Below are positions 1-13,194 of a stretch of DNA of 64,000 nucleotides, in pieces. The position numbers were made by a program, and so were the translations under genes. This stretch comes from TPA_inf: Saccharomyces (taxonomy: Eukaryota): contig BK006934.2 of assembly GCA_000146045.2 (NCBI GenBank), positions 498,644 through 562,643 of the forward strand. The letters run 5' to 3'. Under the pieces are notes generated by a model. That model saw nothing but the letters and a program-made list of their open reading frames with translations, had not been told where the DNA came from and made no database searches. Positions within the stretch are counted from its first letter, which is position 1. Each line of letters starts with the position of its first letter.

Positions 1-435
1 TCAGGCTGCTGGAGCAGATTTAGTTTCTTTAACGTCTCCTCTTTAATATTTTCGATCAGTTTTTCTGTTGTTTCCACTGAGGTTGTGTTAGTAATTAGTG
101 CGGGTGAAGGTTGGGGGTAGAGTGTTGCGGTGAGGTGACATACGTTCCAGCTGCATTCGATGTAGTATTGCGCTGCGCAACTTCTGCCGTTCTTCGGGAG
201 TGAGAGCCGGTATCATCGTAACCGAGTGCGGCAGCTGCCCTTTTGCTGATGTTGTTGCCACTTCTTGTTTACAATTGTATTCTCTTGAAGTTATATGGCA
301 TTATAGCTGCCGGGTTATTTCCGCCAGGCGGGTTTTCGCCACCGGAATTTACAACTAAATACACACTTATATCAGACTTTTAAAGCGTAAAGAAAGAAGG
401 GAAAAGTCAATAAATAACTCAGCAGTAACCGCACA

Positions 436-1242
436 ATGGTATTGGAAGCTACAGTGTTAGTGATTGATAATTCAGAGTACTCTCGCAATGGCGACTTTCC
501 TAGGACAAGGTTTGAAGCCCAGATCGACTCGGTAGAGTTCATATTTCAAGCCAAGAGAAACAGCAATCCTGAGAATACAGTGGGTCTTATCTCTGGTGCT
601 GGCGCCAACCCCAGGGTGTTATCTACGTTTACCGCCGAGTTTGGGAAGATTCTTGCTGGACTACACGACACGCAGATCGAGGGTAAGCTGCATATGGCCA
701 CTGCGTTGCAGATCGCTCAGCTGACTTTGAAGCATCGCCAGAATAAGGTCCAACATCAAAGGATTGTGGCATTTGTGTGTAGCCCAATAAGTGATTCTCG
801 AGACGAATTGATCAGATTGGCAAAAACACTGAAAAAGAATAATGTTGCCGTGGACATCATCAATTTTGGAGAGATTGAACAGAACACGGAGCTTTTGGAT
901 GAGTTCATAGCTGCAGTGAACAACCCTCAAGAAGAAACTAGTCATTTGCTTACTGTGACGCCTGGCCCCAGACTGCTGTACGAGAACATCGCATCTTCAC
1001 CCATAATTCTCGAAGAAGGATCCTCCGGTATGGGCGCCTTTGGTGGGTCTGGCGGTGATTCCGATGCCAATGGCACATTTATGGACTTCGGGGTAGACCC
1101 ATCAATGGACCCAGAACTGGCAATGGCCTTGCGTCTGTCTATGGAAGAAGAGCAGCAAAGACAGGAAAGGTTAAGACAGCAGCAACAACAACAAGATCAG
1201 CCTGAGCAGTCTGAACAGCCTGAACAACACCAAGACAAATAG
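436..1242 (+). CDS. RPN10: Rpn10, the 26S proteasome regulatory subunit and ubiquitin receptor (YHR200W)
   Basis: ATG at 436; 268-aa ORF beginning MVLEATVLVIDNSEYSRNGDF with an N-terminal vWA domain and a Q/E-rich tail. The protein matches Rpn10 as I remember it. Confidence 0.9.
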   Translation: MVLEATVLVIDNSEYSRNGDFPRTRFEAQIDSVEFIFQAKRNSNPENTVGLISGAGANPRVLSTFTAEFGKILAGLHDTQIEGKLHMATALQIAQLTLKHRQNKVQHQRIVAFVCSPISDSRDELIRLAKTLKKNNVAVDIINFGEIEQNTELLDEFIAAVNNPQEETSHLLTVTPGPRLLYENIASSPIILEEGSSGMGAFGGSGGDSDANGTFMDFGVDPSMDPELAMALRLSMEEEQQRQERLRQQQQQQDQPEQSEQPEQHQDK

Positions 1243-1306
1243 TAGTGTACAAAAATATCTATATGGGTCATATATAAACCAAATAAAGCATATATAACAT
1301 CTCCCT

Positions 1307-2533
<1,227 letters not shown>

Positions 2534-3744
2534 TTATTTGTTTCAAGTGGCTTTAGTTAATTATGTACACTTCGTTTCTTTTTTCTACTCTTAAAAGTGA
2601 AAAAAATGAAAAATCAGCGGCATGTATAGCATACAGATAATAGGAAAAAGGTTGTGAGTTATTCTTCGAGACTATTTCGACTCGTATTCTAAATTAGAAT
2701 TCAAGTAGGTGGATAATGTGACAAAATGAATGAAGGTTAGAGCTTTACACAGAGTATTATCCTCGGCGTTTTCTATCAAAGCTTCTGGTTATTCCATACT
2801 TTTTTCAAGGACAGCAGAAACATATGCCATTTTACACCTCCTGGGAAAATAATTTGTAATTTTCTAGTGACTCAATGCTTGTTGAAAGTGATCTTGTATA
2901 ATGAGTGTACACATGAGATGTGCAAATTTCTTCATTACTTAGCGAGAAGTGTACACTCTTGAATATAATAACACTAACAGTGGAATCATCGGTAATAATA
3001 ATACTATTGATCGTAGTGAAAGCAAAACACGACTGTACTTGAGTTATAAATTTTGTTGCTGTAGAAATTTCAGTGATCATTCATTAGCAACTTATTAAGA
3101 TGACGATTATATTTTACGGTTCTTTTCACAAACCATTATACTTGCTAAAGGTTGTAAAAGTCATACACTTTTTAACATCAAGATTTCAGTACAACAATTT
3201 CTTACATGTAAAATCGTTTGCAAATTAAGTTCGCCAAATTGTATCTTAATTAAAATCTATGTGTTCAGAAGTTGAATATTGGTAAAAAGAAACAAAATGT
3301 ATAAACGAACGAAAAAGGAAGTGATCAAAATAGAGTAAGGAACCAAGGCATTAGGTTCACCCGAACGTTATCATATATACGCTCATATTATTCCAAGAAA
3401 GACACATTTGTCTAGATAGGTTTCGGTAAAGGCGTCCGTAGTTAGAGAGTAGATGGCACTAACTTGAAAGCAGGAAAACAAACAATTGTGTTCCAGAGCA
3501 AACTCGAACTTTCTATCTGAACCATTGCATGACGTAAAATTATTATTACAACCATAATGAAACATTTCTACAGTATATCTTTAATATTATTTTTTACTTT
3601 AGTGTCCTTATCGATCAGTCGCTCTTTCGCCAACTAGCCGCCAATTGCAAAAGCCGATAAGCTTATTTCCCCTCAAGCCGTCAACAAGAACTACAGCAAT
3701 AACAAAGAGAGTGAATGCAATAAAGGTGTGCGCAACAGTGTAAA

Positions 3745-5553
3745 ATGATACTAAAGCTTGTACACTGTTTAGTTGCTCTTACAGGATTAATCTTTGCAAA
3801 GCCGTATCAACAACAACAGGCAGTTTTAGCGCCGTCGCAGGATGTACCATTAAGAGATATCCATATAGGGGATATAAATTTTATCCATACAACCGATACT
3901 CATGGCTGGTTGGGGTCCCATCTATCACAAAACGACTATGATGCTGACTGGGGAGATTTCGTTGCATTTGTAGATATACTTAGAGAAAAAATTTTACGAC
4001 AGTCCAGAGACGTAATAGTCATCGACACTGGCGACAAACGAGACGGTAATGGTTTGAGTGATGCTACTTGGCCCCCCGGCCTACGAAGCTCGGAGATATT
4101 CAACATGATGGATTACGATCTTTTAACGTTAGGTAATCATGAGCTATATACAGCTGAAAGTGCCATACTAGAGTATAGAGGAACTTCTCAGTCCTCAAAA
4201 TTCAAAGACAAATATGTTTGCAGCAACGTAGAATTTATTGAAGATGACGGAACAAGGGTTCCTTTCGGGAATAAATACATTACATTCGAGACTCCCATAA
4301 TGAAACAAAGAGTCCTGGCATTATCATTTTTGTTTAGTTTTCAAAGAGCAAATAACAGAGCCATCGTAACACCACCATTGGAAGAAATAACTCAAAAAAG
4401 CTGGTTCCAAAATATGGTTGAGACAAACAGAGAGGAGGAAATCGACCTAATTATTGTCTTTGGTCATTTGCCTGCCACTGACCCTACAGAGCGTGAAATG
4501 CACAAAATTCATGCTCTAATAAGGAAATACTACCCAAATACTGTTATACAATATTTTGGAGGGCACACTCATATCAGGGATTTTGTACAGCTGGACTCAA
4601 AATCTACTTGTTTACAAAGTGGTAGATTTGCGGAAACTGTGGGATTCTTGTCAATTAATATGACTGACCCTGTGGACGCCGAAAGTCCTATTTTCTCAAG
4701 AAGGTATATTGACTTTAACAAGGAAGCTTTCAAATACCATTTGAGCAAACTAGGGCATGACTCGAATGTTCCAGTCTCAACGAAAAAGGGTAAAACTATT
4801 TCTCGTTTGGTGAATGATCTGCGCCATGAACTAAATTTGAACGAGAAACTGGGGTACATTCCTCAAACTTACTACGTTTCAACAAGGCCATTAAACTCCG
4901 AAGAGAATCTTTATCATTTGATCACGCATAAGATTTTACCCAATTTAATTCCTCCCAAAAACTATGAACCTTCGATGAGTCGTTTCATTTTGATTAACAC
5001 TGGCTCTGTCAGGTACGATCTTTACAAAGGCCCATTTACAAAGGATACTGAGTATATAGTGATGCCATTCAATAATGATTGGCGCTTCATCACAGTTCCA
5101 TTGGTCGTTGCCTCCAGGGTGGAAACCTATTTGAACAAGGGCCCTGTCATTGCCTCATTAGGAATACCATCATCGTCTCATCACAAACAGCATTTTGGCG
5201 GTTTTCAGAAGTGTCCCTTCATCAATAATCCAAATTTAAGCGAAGGCTACACCACAGAAGACGATTTCGGGTGTCATGGTGATGACACACCTCACAATTC
5301 ACAAAGAGAATACGATATCCCCAATGTAGTGCAATGTAAAGAGGTGAAGAAAGTGCAAGAAGAGGAAGCTGATCCGTCGAAGATGGTTCATGTTATCTTC
5401 TATTCCTTTATGGAACTCGATATATTAAACGCCGTAAATTCTATCATAAATGATTTAGGATTACGTATGGAGAACTTGACCACCAATGACTGCTCCCATT
5501 ATGGTGGTGATTCAACCAAAAAGTTATTACGGGATTACTTTTCTCAATTTTAG
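3745..5553 (+). CDS. YHR202W, a metallophosphoesterase / 5'-nucleotidase-like protein of unknown function
   Basis: 602-aa ORF with ATG at 3745. It carries an N-terminal signal-like segment and calcineurin-like phosphoesterase motifs (GDINFIHTTDTHGW, GDKRDG, LTLGNHELY). Confidence 0.85.
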   Translation: MILKLVHCLVALTGLIFAKPYQQQQAVLAPSQDVPLRDIHIGDINFIHTTDTHGWLGSHLSQNDYDADWGDFVAFVDILREKILRQSRDVIVIDTGDKRDGNGLSDATWPPGLRSSEIFNMMDYDLLTLGNHELYTAESAILEYRGTSQSSKFKDKYVCSNVEFIEDDGTRVPFGNKYITFETPIMKQRVLALSFLFSFQRANNRAIVTPPLEEITQKSWFQNMVETNREEEIDLIIVFGHLPATDPTEREMHKIHALIRKYYPNTVIQYFGGHTHIRDFVQLDSKSTCLQSGRFAETVGFLSINMTDPVDAESPIFSRRYIDFNKEAFKYHLSKLGHDSNVPVSTKKGKTISRLVNDLRHELNLNEKLGYIPQTYYVSTRPLNSEENLYHLITHKILPNLIPPKNYEPSMSRFILINTGSVRYDLYKGPFTKDTEYIVMPFNNDWRFITVPLVVASRVETYLNKGPVIASLGIPSSSHHKQHFGGFQKCPFINNPNLSEGYTTEDDFGCHGDDTPHNSQREYDIPNVVQCKEVKKVQEEEADPSKMVHVIFYSFMELDILNAVNSIINDLGLRMENLTTNDCSHYGGDSTKKLLRDYFSQF

Positions 5554-5832
5554 AGTATTCTGCCATTTTTTTTATTTATTTATGCACATCGTTTAAAAAA
5601 GTTCATTTGCAGCGGAAATTGCACCTTTGCTCTCTCGTCCCTGTCTCTAATGAGGCACACTGGTTACACATTTCATGAAAAAAAAAGAAAAATTGTATGT
5701 ATAATGCTTGTCACTTTTTTTATAATTGATATATGTATATGTATATGTATACATACATATATATAGTTGATTTAGAATTTATTTATATTAAACAAAAGAC
5801 GAAGAGAGGGCAGATAACAATATTTAAAATGT

Positions 5833-6887
5833 TTACAAACCTTGTTGAGCTCTTCTTCTGTCACGTTCTTCAGCAATAGACAACTTGATACCCTTACCCT
5901 TTGGCAAAGAAATGTAAGGCTTACCTTGTTCACCAATGACGAAGACATTGTTCAATCTAGTGACGAAAGTGTTGTCCAAGGAGTCCTTGATGTGAACCAA
6001 ATCGAAACCACCATCGTGTCTTTCCTTGTGAACGATAGTACCGATACGACCCAAGTTACGACCACCAGTAACGTAAACCAACTTACCGGCATCGAACTTG
6101 ATGAAATCAGTAATCTTACCAGAGGCCAAATCAATCTTAACAGTGTCATTGACCTTGATGTTTGGGTCTGGGTATCTGATAGTTCTACCATCGTGGGTAA
6201 CAACGTATGGAACACCCTTCTTACCTAATTGGACCTTCTTGACCTTACCCAATTTGTAAGAGGCTTCTTCATCGGTGATACGGTGGACAGCGAATCTACC
6301 CTTGACATCGTAGACCAATCTGAAGTTTTCATTGGTGGCATCTAGAGTGATGACGTCCATGAAACCAGCTGGGTAGGTGGTGTCAGTTCTAACCTTACCG
6401 TCAACTTTGACGTGACGTTGCATCAAGATAGCCTTGACTTCACGGCCGTTCAAAGCATACTTTAATCTGTTTCTTAGAAAGACAATCAATGGCAAGGATT
6501 CACGCAATTTGTGTGGACCAGCAGATGGTCTTGGGGCGTAACAACCGGACAACTTGTCCAATAACCAATGGTGTGGAGCTGCTAATCTCTTTAGATGCTT
6601 CTTTCTATATGAAAAATCGTATTAACATTATTAAACGTACTCTTGTTAGTAAAAATATCCCGCAATGCTTATCTGTTACTTAACAAGGATAAAGTTTCTC
6701 ATCAGAATTCTATCTTCCAGATAGATAAACACAACTCTTATATTCTTTCTTTAGTCCGCATCGTCACTTTGGTGCAAATCACTTGTACCAATCATGAGAG
6801 GGTACCCATCTTCAAAGAAAACTATTATCTTGTTTTGCCAACTCTTCATTTTTTTAGGTGGAAATCAACATACGGTCCTCTAGCCAT
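5833..6887 (-). CDS. RPS4B: Ribosomal protein S4 (eS4), spliced: exon 1 at 6874-6887, intron at 6605-6873, exon 2 at 5833-6604
   Basis: Exon 2 encodes [31 protein letters not shown]... The 14-nt exon 1 (ATGGCTAGAGGACC) lies 269 bp upstream on the minus strand and is followed by a GTATGT donor. The spliced product is 261 aa beginning MARGPKKH. Confidence 0.9.
6605..6873 (-). other. RPS4B: RPS4B spliceosomal intron of 269 nt
   Basis: On the minus strand the GTATGT donor starts at 6873. The TACTAAC branch point is the complement of 6645-6651. The acceptor reads ATATAG and ends at 6605. Confidence 0.88.
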
Positions 6888-7356
6888 CTTTCCTCAATAG
6901 TGGTGTATCTATTGTTATACTTAGTCGACGTTATATGAAAAAGAAACTATTCTAAATCTTACAATATCACTACTATTAACTCTACCGATAATAAAACAAA
7001 GCGACTTGAAGCAGCTCCAAATCCTAGAGAAGGAAGATACGATGCCATTGCGCTAACGAAACCACATGGATCCTCCACACAACCACTTAGTTTGGCAAAT
7101 CCCAAGACCAAGAGGAACTTTCCTCACCATTCGGGGCAGGTGACGAAGCAAGAGCGAAGCTGGATTCTACGCTGGATTAGTGAAGCGCCAGCGAGGAATG
7201 CTAGAAAGACCAGCCCAGGAACAATAGAAAATTACGCGGTAGGATAATCTCCTTGACGGAAAAACGCTGTGTGACACTGACTAGCCTGAAAAAATAGAAA
7301 AAAAGGAGATGCGCCCTGCAAAAAGCGCAATAACGCGCACACAAAATGTCTGGGTG

Positions 7357-7369
7357 AAATGTATGGATG
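7357..7369 (-). promoter_or_regulatory. Rap1-like site in the RPS4B promoter
   Basis: The minus strand reads CATCCATACATTT, one mismatch from the ribosomal-protein-gene Rap1 consensus ACACCCATACATTT. It lies about 470 bp upstream of the RPS4B ATG. Confidence 0.3.
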
Positions 7370-7675
7370 CATAATTGTCTCGAAAATAATTGTTTAAAGA
7401 GAATAACCATAAAACAGGCTGAAAAGCAAGCACTGCTCAATGTTAGTTTCACTGGCGACTCTATCTCACCATGGTTACACTATTAGTACATTTGGTATAG
7501 ACTGATAGGTTTCCGTTGTGCTTTAACGACGGGTAACGATTTATTTCTGGCGTGTTTCAGCGACTATTAATAATAAGCAATAAAGAAGGACGCGTTTTTG
7601 AATATGTATTAATGGGTCAAGAGTAACCATGATAATTTCATATTTCCATGGATTGGTTACATTCAGGGAAATAGA

Positions 7676-10066
7676 ATGGTTTGCTGCTTATGGGTGCTTC
7701 TAGCATTGTTGCTTCATCTCGATCATGTAGCATGCGAAGACGATGCGTACTCATTCACTTCTAAAGAACTTAAGGCTTACAAGCAGGAAGTGAAGGAGCT
7801 GTTTTATTTCGGCTTCGACAATTATTTAGAGCATGGGTATCCATATGATGAGGTAAAACCCATTTCATGCGTTCCTAAGAAGAGAAACTTTGAAGATCCT
7901 ACTGATCAAGGCACCAACGATATATTGGGCAATTTTACAATCACTTTAATAGATTCTTTAACCACTATTGCTATACTGGAAGACCGGCCGCAGTTTTTGA
8001 AAGCTGTTCGACTTGTTGAAAGGACATTTCCTGATGGCAATTTCGATATTGATTCCACAATACAAGTTTTTGAAATTACTATACGTGTTATCGGATCACT
8101 ACTATCATCACATCTTTATGCTACGGATCCCACAAAGGCAGTGTATTTAGGGGACGATTATGATGGCTCACTGTTACGTCTCGCCCAGAATATGGCAGAT
8201 AGGCTCTTACCTGCATATTTAACGTCTACCGGATTACCTATGCCACGGAGAAACATCAAACGAAAATGGGATGTCTCTGAATTTCCAGAATTTTTGGAGA
8301 CAGAGAATAATGTGGCCGCTATGGCGTCTCCCATGTTCGAATTCACTATTTTATCTTACTTGACAGGCGATCCCAAGTATGAGAAAGTTACCAGATACGC
8401 ATTTGATAAAACATGGTCTCTTAGAACTGGTTTGGATTTGCTACCCATGTCCTTTCACCCCGAAAAACTAACACCATATACGCCCATGACTGGAATCGGC
8501 GCCTCCATCGACTCCCTTTTCGAATACGCTTTGAAAGGTGCTATTTTATTTGATGATTCAGAATTAATGGAAGTTTGGAACGTAGCATACGAGGCATTAA
8601 AGACTAACTGTAAAAACGATTGGTTTTTTGCTAATGTAATGGCTGACACAGGGCATTTGTTTGTTCCCTGGATTGATTCTTTGAGTGCTTTTTTCTCCGG
8701 TTTACAGGTGCTTGCTGGTGATTTGGATGATGCCATAGCGAACCATTTAATGTTTTTAAAAATGTGGAACACCTTTGGCGGTATTCCTGAAAGGTGGAAC
8801 TTTAGTCCTCCGGAGTTTCCCCCACTATCTCCATTAGAGCGATCGGGAGCTGTTGCTTTGGATAATATCCTCCCCTTAGAATGGTACCCATTAAGACCGG
8901 AATTTTTTGAGTCAACCTATTTCTTATATAGAGCTACAAAAGACCCGTTTTACTTAAATATTGGGGTACATCTGCTAAAAGACCTCAAGCAACGATTTAA
9001 GTCTAACTGCGGATTTGCAGGTTTCCAAAATGTAATCACGGGCGAACTGCAAGATAGAATGGAAACATTTGTGTTGAGTGAAACTTTGAAATACCTGTAT
9101 TTATTATTTGATGAAGAGAACGAATTACATAACAGCGCTAGTGACGTAATTTTCAGTACAGAAGCCCATCCAATGTGGTTGCCCCAAGAAGTGAGGTCCA
9201 ACTATAAACGTAACGCTAAATTTAACAACTCTGTCTACTCGTCGCACTTGGAAATTTGCCAGAAAAAGGACAGGGAACAAGCTGGAGAGAACACATTGAG
9301 CCAAAGAATTGTGGGGTTCGCCAAATCGATCTTTCATAAAGGTCCACCAGACGAAGAGGCTACTGATCCAATTATAGACTATACCATTGATACTGAACTT
9401 CCCGGTACATGCTCTATAAAGCCTCATCATGTAATTGGTGACGAATTTTGGTATTCTCCAATGTTGAGCAATTTTGACAGATTATTCGAGATTGACTCCC
9501 GGTTCGCTGCCACGCTAATTAAACCTTCACACATGCATAACTATAATGCAATTGAACTAGAACCTGGATTTTATAACAGGTGGTCCAATCCGCAATTTAG
9601 CACGTGCCTGATCCCACCCACCACCGAAATTTTCGAACTACTATTCGACCTTCCTGGATATCATCAGTTGAATCCATTAATGTTAGAAAACAAAACTATT
9701 ACATTTGAAACCTTTGGAGGTAGGTCAAGGTTGAAGATCGAAAAATTGCAAATCTACCAAATTGATTACTATGGAGACTTAATCACTGCATCGACATTCC
9801 AAGACGTCTCCCGCAAGGATATTTTCTCGAATGCATGCGATGCAGTGGCAAGCTTGTATTCTCCCACTTATCTTTACAGAGTAGTAGCCATCAACGGACG
9901 CATATTGCCTCGCCATGGAAGTGTACAAATCAAGAAACATAGTCCTGTGCTCACTTCCAATGGCACAAGAGAGGAAGACGAATTCAAAATGGATGGCATC
10001 GGGATTAATGACCATTCCCAACTCATGTTAGAATGCACGCCCATCATCAACTTATTTATTGTATGA
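7676..10066 (+). CDS. MNL1: Mnl1/Htm1, an ER alpha-1,2-mannosidase-like protein of glycoside hydrolase family 47 involved in ER-associated degradation (YHR204W)
   Basis: 796-aa ORF with ATG at 7676 and a signal peptide (MVCCLWVLLALLLHL). The GH47 family assignment is from memory of the protein. Confidence 0.88.
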   Translation: MVCCLWVLLALLLHLDHVACEDDAYSFTSKELKAYKQEVKELFYFGFDNYLEHGYPYDEVKPISCVPKKRNFEDPTDQGTNDILGNFTITLIDSLTTIAILEDRPQFLKAVRLVERTFPDGNFDIDSTIQVFEITIRVIGSLLSSHLYATDPTKAVYLGDDYDGSLLRLAQNMADRLLPAYLTSTGLPMPRRNIKRKWDVSEFPEFLETENNVAAMASPMFEFTILSYLTGDPKYEKVTRYAFDKTWSLRTGLDLLPMSFHPEKLTPYTPMTGIGASIDSLFEYALKGAILFDDSELMEVWNVAYEALKTNCKNDWFFANVMADTGHLFVPWIDSLSAFFSGLQVLAGDLDDAIANHLMFLKMWNTFGGIPERWNFSPPEFPPLSPLERSGAVALDNILPLEWYPLRPEFFESTYFLYRATKDPFYLNIGVHLLKDLKQRFKSNCGFAGFQNVITGELQDRMETFVLSETLKYLYLLFDEENELHNSASDVIFSTEAHPMWLPQEVRSNYKRNAKFNNSVYSSHLEICQKKDREQAGENTLSQRIVGFAKSIFHKGPPDEEATDPIIDYTIDTELPGTCSIKPHHVIGDEFWYSPMLSNFDRLFEIDSRFAATLIKPSHMHNYNAIELEPGFYNRWSNPQFSTCLIPPTTEIFELLFDLPGYHQLNPLMLENKTITFETFGGRSRLKIEKLQIYQIDYYGDLITASTFQDVSRKDIFSNACDAVASLYSPTYLYRVVAINGRILPRHGSVQIKKHSPVLTSNGTREEDEFKMDGIGINDHSQLMLECTPIINLFIV

Positions 10067-10156
10067 AATCACTCTTTTAGATAGACCTCTACAGCTTTTA
10101 CATAATGGCACCAGTAATAAATGATGAACGATTTCGTTACCCTCGGTAAAACCGGC

Positions 10157-10184
10157 CAAAAAAAAAAAAAAAAAAAAAAAAAAA
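10157..10184. repeat. Poly(dA) tract of about 27 nt
   Basis: An uninterrupted A run in the MNL1-SCH9 intergenic region. Confidence 0.9.
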
Positions 10185-10719
10185 TGTTCTCAAAGTGTAA
10201 ACTTAATCAAAAGCTTATTTGTTTGTTATCTGTTTCTCATCGGTTTCGTTTGTTGCTTAAAGGGTGGATCGGTCATTTACGATAACGGTTCTTTCTGCAT
10301 ATTCCGATCCTTAAAGGCTTACTTATTCACATTACGGGTCCAATATAACATAGATTGTTGTGCTCAGCTCATCCATTTCGCTGGTCGCTTATATTCTCTT
10401 TTTTGTTTTATTCTTTTCTTTCCTTCAAGGTTCTTTGCAACAGCACTGAAAATAGTTACAAACAACTTTGCGCCAGTTCCCGCCTGCTTATTCTTTTTCC
10501 AGCTCTCTTCTACTTTATATACCCTTTTCGTGGTCCTTTTTCCTAATTTGCCCCTCTTCGCTTTTTATCGAAAATTTTACCCACTCTCACATAATCACCT
10601 AAGGGCATCTATTTAATAAGGTACAGTCAAAAATTTACTCTTTTGGCAACTGTTTATAAGAAGAATAAGTCTGAGAATTATACTCGTATAAGCAAGAAAT
10701 AAAGATACGAATATACAAT

Positions 10720-13194
10720 ATGATGAATTTTTTTACATCAAAATCGTCGAATCAGGATACTGGATTTAGCTCTCAACACCAACATCCAAATGGACAGAAC
10801 AATGGAAACAATAATAGCAGCACCGCTGGCAACGACAACGGATACCCATGTAAACTGGTGTCCAGTGGGCCCTGCGCTTCATCAAATAATGGTGCCCTTT
10901 TTACGAATTTTACTTTACAAACTGCAACGCCGACCACCGCTATTAGTCAGGACTTATATGCAATGGGCACAACAGGAATAACATCAGAAAATGCCCTTTT
11001 TCAAATGAAGTCAATGAATAATGGAATATCATCAGTTAATAATAACAACAGCAACACCCCTACGATTATTACCACGTCACAGGAAGAAACTAATGCTGGA
11101 AATGTACATGGCGATACCGGTGGCAATTCTTTGCAAAATTCTGAAGATGACAACTTTTCTTCCAGTTCTACCACCAAATGCTTACTCTCTTCCACTTCTT
11201 CGCTATCAATAAATCAACGAGAAGCAGCAGCAGCTGCTTATGGTCCAGATACCGATATTCCTAGGGGTAAACTAGAAGTTACAATAATAGAAGCACGTGA
11301 CCTAGTCACTAGATCAAAGGATTCACAGCCTTATGTTGTTTGTACTTTTGAGAGTTCAGAGTTCATTTCTAATGGTCCTGAGTCACTAGGCGCCATTAAT
11401 AATAACAACAATAACAACAACAATAATCAGCATAATCAAAACCAGCATATTAACAACAACAACGAAAATACCAACCCTGACGCTGCTAGCCAGCATCATA
11501 ATAATAACAGTGGTTGGAACGGTTCTCAGTTACCATCGATAAAAGAGCACTTGAAGAAAAAACCCCTTTATACACACAGATCATCTTCCCAATTAGATCA
11601 GCTAAACTCTTGCTCTTCAGTAACCGATCCGAGCAAACGTTCTTCTAATTCTTCGTCGGGTTCTTCAAATGGTCCAAAGAATGATAGTTCACATCCAATA
11701 TGGCATCACAAGACAACGTTTGATGTTTTGGGATCTCACTCGGAATTAGATATTTCTGTTTATGATGCTGCCCACGACCATATGTTCTTAGGCCAAGTTA
11801 GACTGTATCCAATGATTCATAATTTAGCACATGCTTCCCAACACCAATGGCACAGTTTGAAACCTCGCGTTATTGATGAAGTTGTGTCCGGTGATATTTT
11901 AATCAAATGGACTTACAAACAGACAAAGAAAAGACATTATGGCCCACAAGATTTTGAAGTTCTTCGATTATTGGGTAAGGGTACTTTTGGCCAAGTCTAC
12001 CAAGTTAAGAAGAAAGACACTCAAAGAATTTATGCAATGAAAGTTCTCTCCAAGAAAGTTATTGTCAAGAAAAATGAGATCGCCCACACAATTGGCGAAA
12101 GAAATATCCTAGTCACGACAGCGTCCAAATCGTCCCCATTCATTGTCGGATTGAAGTTTTCCTTTCAAACACCAACAGATCTGTATTTGGTCACTGATTA
12201 TATGAGTGGTGGAGAATTATTCTGGCATTTACAAAAGGAGGGCCGTTTTTCGGAAGACAGAGCGAAATTCTATATCGCTGAGTTAGTCCTAGCGTTAGAA
12301 CATTTACACGATAACGATATCGTTTACAGGGACCTAAAGCCTGAAAACATTCTACTCGATGCCAACGGTAACATCGCTCTTTGCGATTTTGGTCTTTCTA
12401 AAGCTGACTTGAAGGATAGAACAAACACATTTTGCGGCACCACGGAATACCTGGCACCAGAATTGTTACTGGACGAAACCGGCTACACCAAAATGGTCGA
12501 TTTCTGGTCTCTAGGTGTTTTGATATTTGAAATGTGTTGTGGTTGGTCCCCTTTCTTTGCGGAAAATAATCAAAAAATGTACCAAAAAATTGCCTTTGGT
12601 AAAGTCAAATTCCCCAGAGACGTACTGTCACAAGAGGGGAGGTCTTTTGTAAAGGGTTTACTAAACAGAAACCCCAAACATAGACTCGGTGCCATTGATG
12701 ATGGAAGAGAACTACGAGCTCATCCATTTTTCGCAGATATCGACTGGGAGGCCTTGAAGCAGAAAAAAATTCCACCACCTTTCAAACCTCACCTAGTCTC
12801 GGAGACGGATACCTCGAATTTTGACCCAGAGTTCACAACAGCTTCAACTTCATACATGAACAAGCACCAGCCGATGATGACTGCTACCCCGCTATCTCCA
12901 GCCATGCAAGCAAAGTTTGCTGGTTTCACCTTTGTTGATGAGTCCGCCATCGATGAACACGTTAATAACAACAGAAAATTCCTACAAAACTCGTACTTTA
13001 TGGAACCTGGTTCCTTTATCCCGGGAAATCCAAACTTACCTCCAGACGAAGATGTCATCGATGATGACGGGGACGAGGACATCAATGATGGATTCAACCA
13101 AGAGAAAAATATGAACAACAGCCATTCGCAGATGGACTTCGACGGCGACCAACACATGGATGACGAATTTGTCAGTGGAAGATTCGAAATATGA
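10720..13194 (+). CDS. SCH9: Sch9, an AGC-family Ser/Thr protein kinase (YHR205W)
   Basis: 824 aa beginning MMNFFTSKSS. It has an N/S-rich N-terminus, a C2-like region, a kinase domain (GKGTFGQV, HRDLKPEN, DFG, APE) and a C-terminal FxxF hydrophobic motif. Confidence 0.92.
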   Translation: MMNFFTSKSSNQDTGFSSQHQHPNGQNNGNNNSSTAGNDNGYPCKLVSSGPCASSNNGALFTNFTLQTATPTTAISQDLYAMGTTGITSENALFQMKSMNNGISSVNNNNSNTPTIITTSQEETNAGNVHGDTGGNSLQNSEDDNFSSSSTTKCLLSSTSSLSINQREAAAAAYGPDTDIPRGKLEVTIIEARDLVTRSKDSQPYVVCTFESSEFISNGPESLGAINNNNNNNNNNQHNQNQHINNNNENTNPDAASQHHNNNSGWNGSQLPSIKEHLKKKPLYTHRSSSQLDQLNSCSSVTDPSKRSSNSSSGSSNGPKNDSSHPIWHHKTTFDVLGSHSELDISVYDAAHDHMFLGQVRLYPMIHNLAHASQHQWHSLKPRVIDEVVSGDILIKWTYKQTKKRHYGPQDFEVLRLLGKGTFGQVYQVKKKDTQRIYAMKVLSKKVIVKKNEIAHTIGERNILVTTASKSSPFIVGLKFSFQTPTDLYLVTDYMSGGELFWHLQKEGRFSEDRAKFYIAELVLALEHLHDNDIVYRDLKPENILLDANGNIALCDFGLSKADLKDRTNTFCGTTEYLAPELLLDETGYTKMVDFWSLGVLIFEMCCGWSPFFAENNQKMYQKIAFGKVKFPRDVLSQEGRSFVKGLLNRNPKHRLGAIDDGRELRAHPFFADIDWEALKQKKIPPPFKPHLVSETDTSNFDPEFTTASTSYMNKHQPMMTATPLSPAMQAKFAGFTFVDESAIDEHVNNNRKFLQNSYFMEPGSFIPGNPNLPPDEDVIDDDGDEDINDGFNQEKNMNNSHSQMDFDGDQHMDDEFVSGRFEI

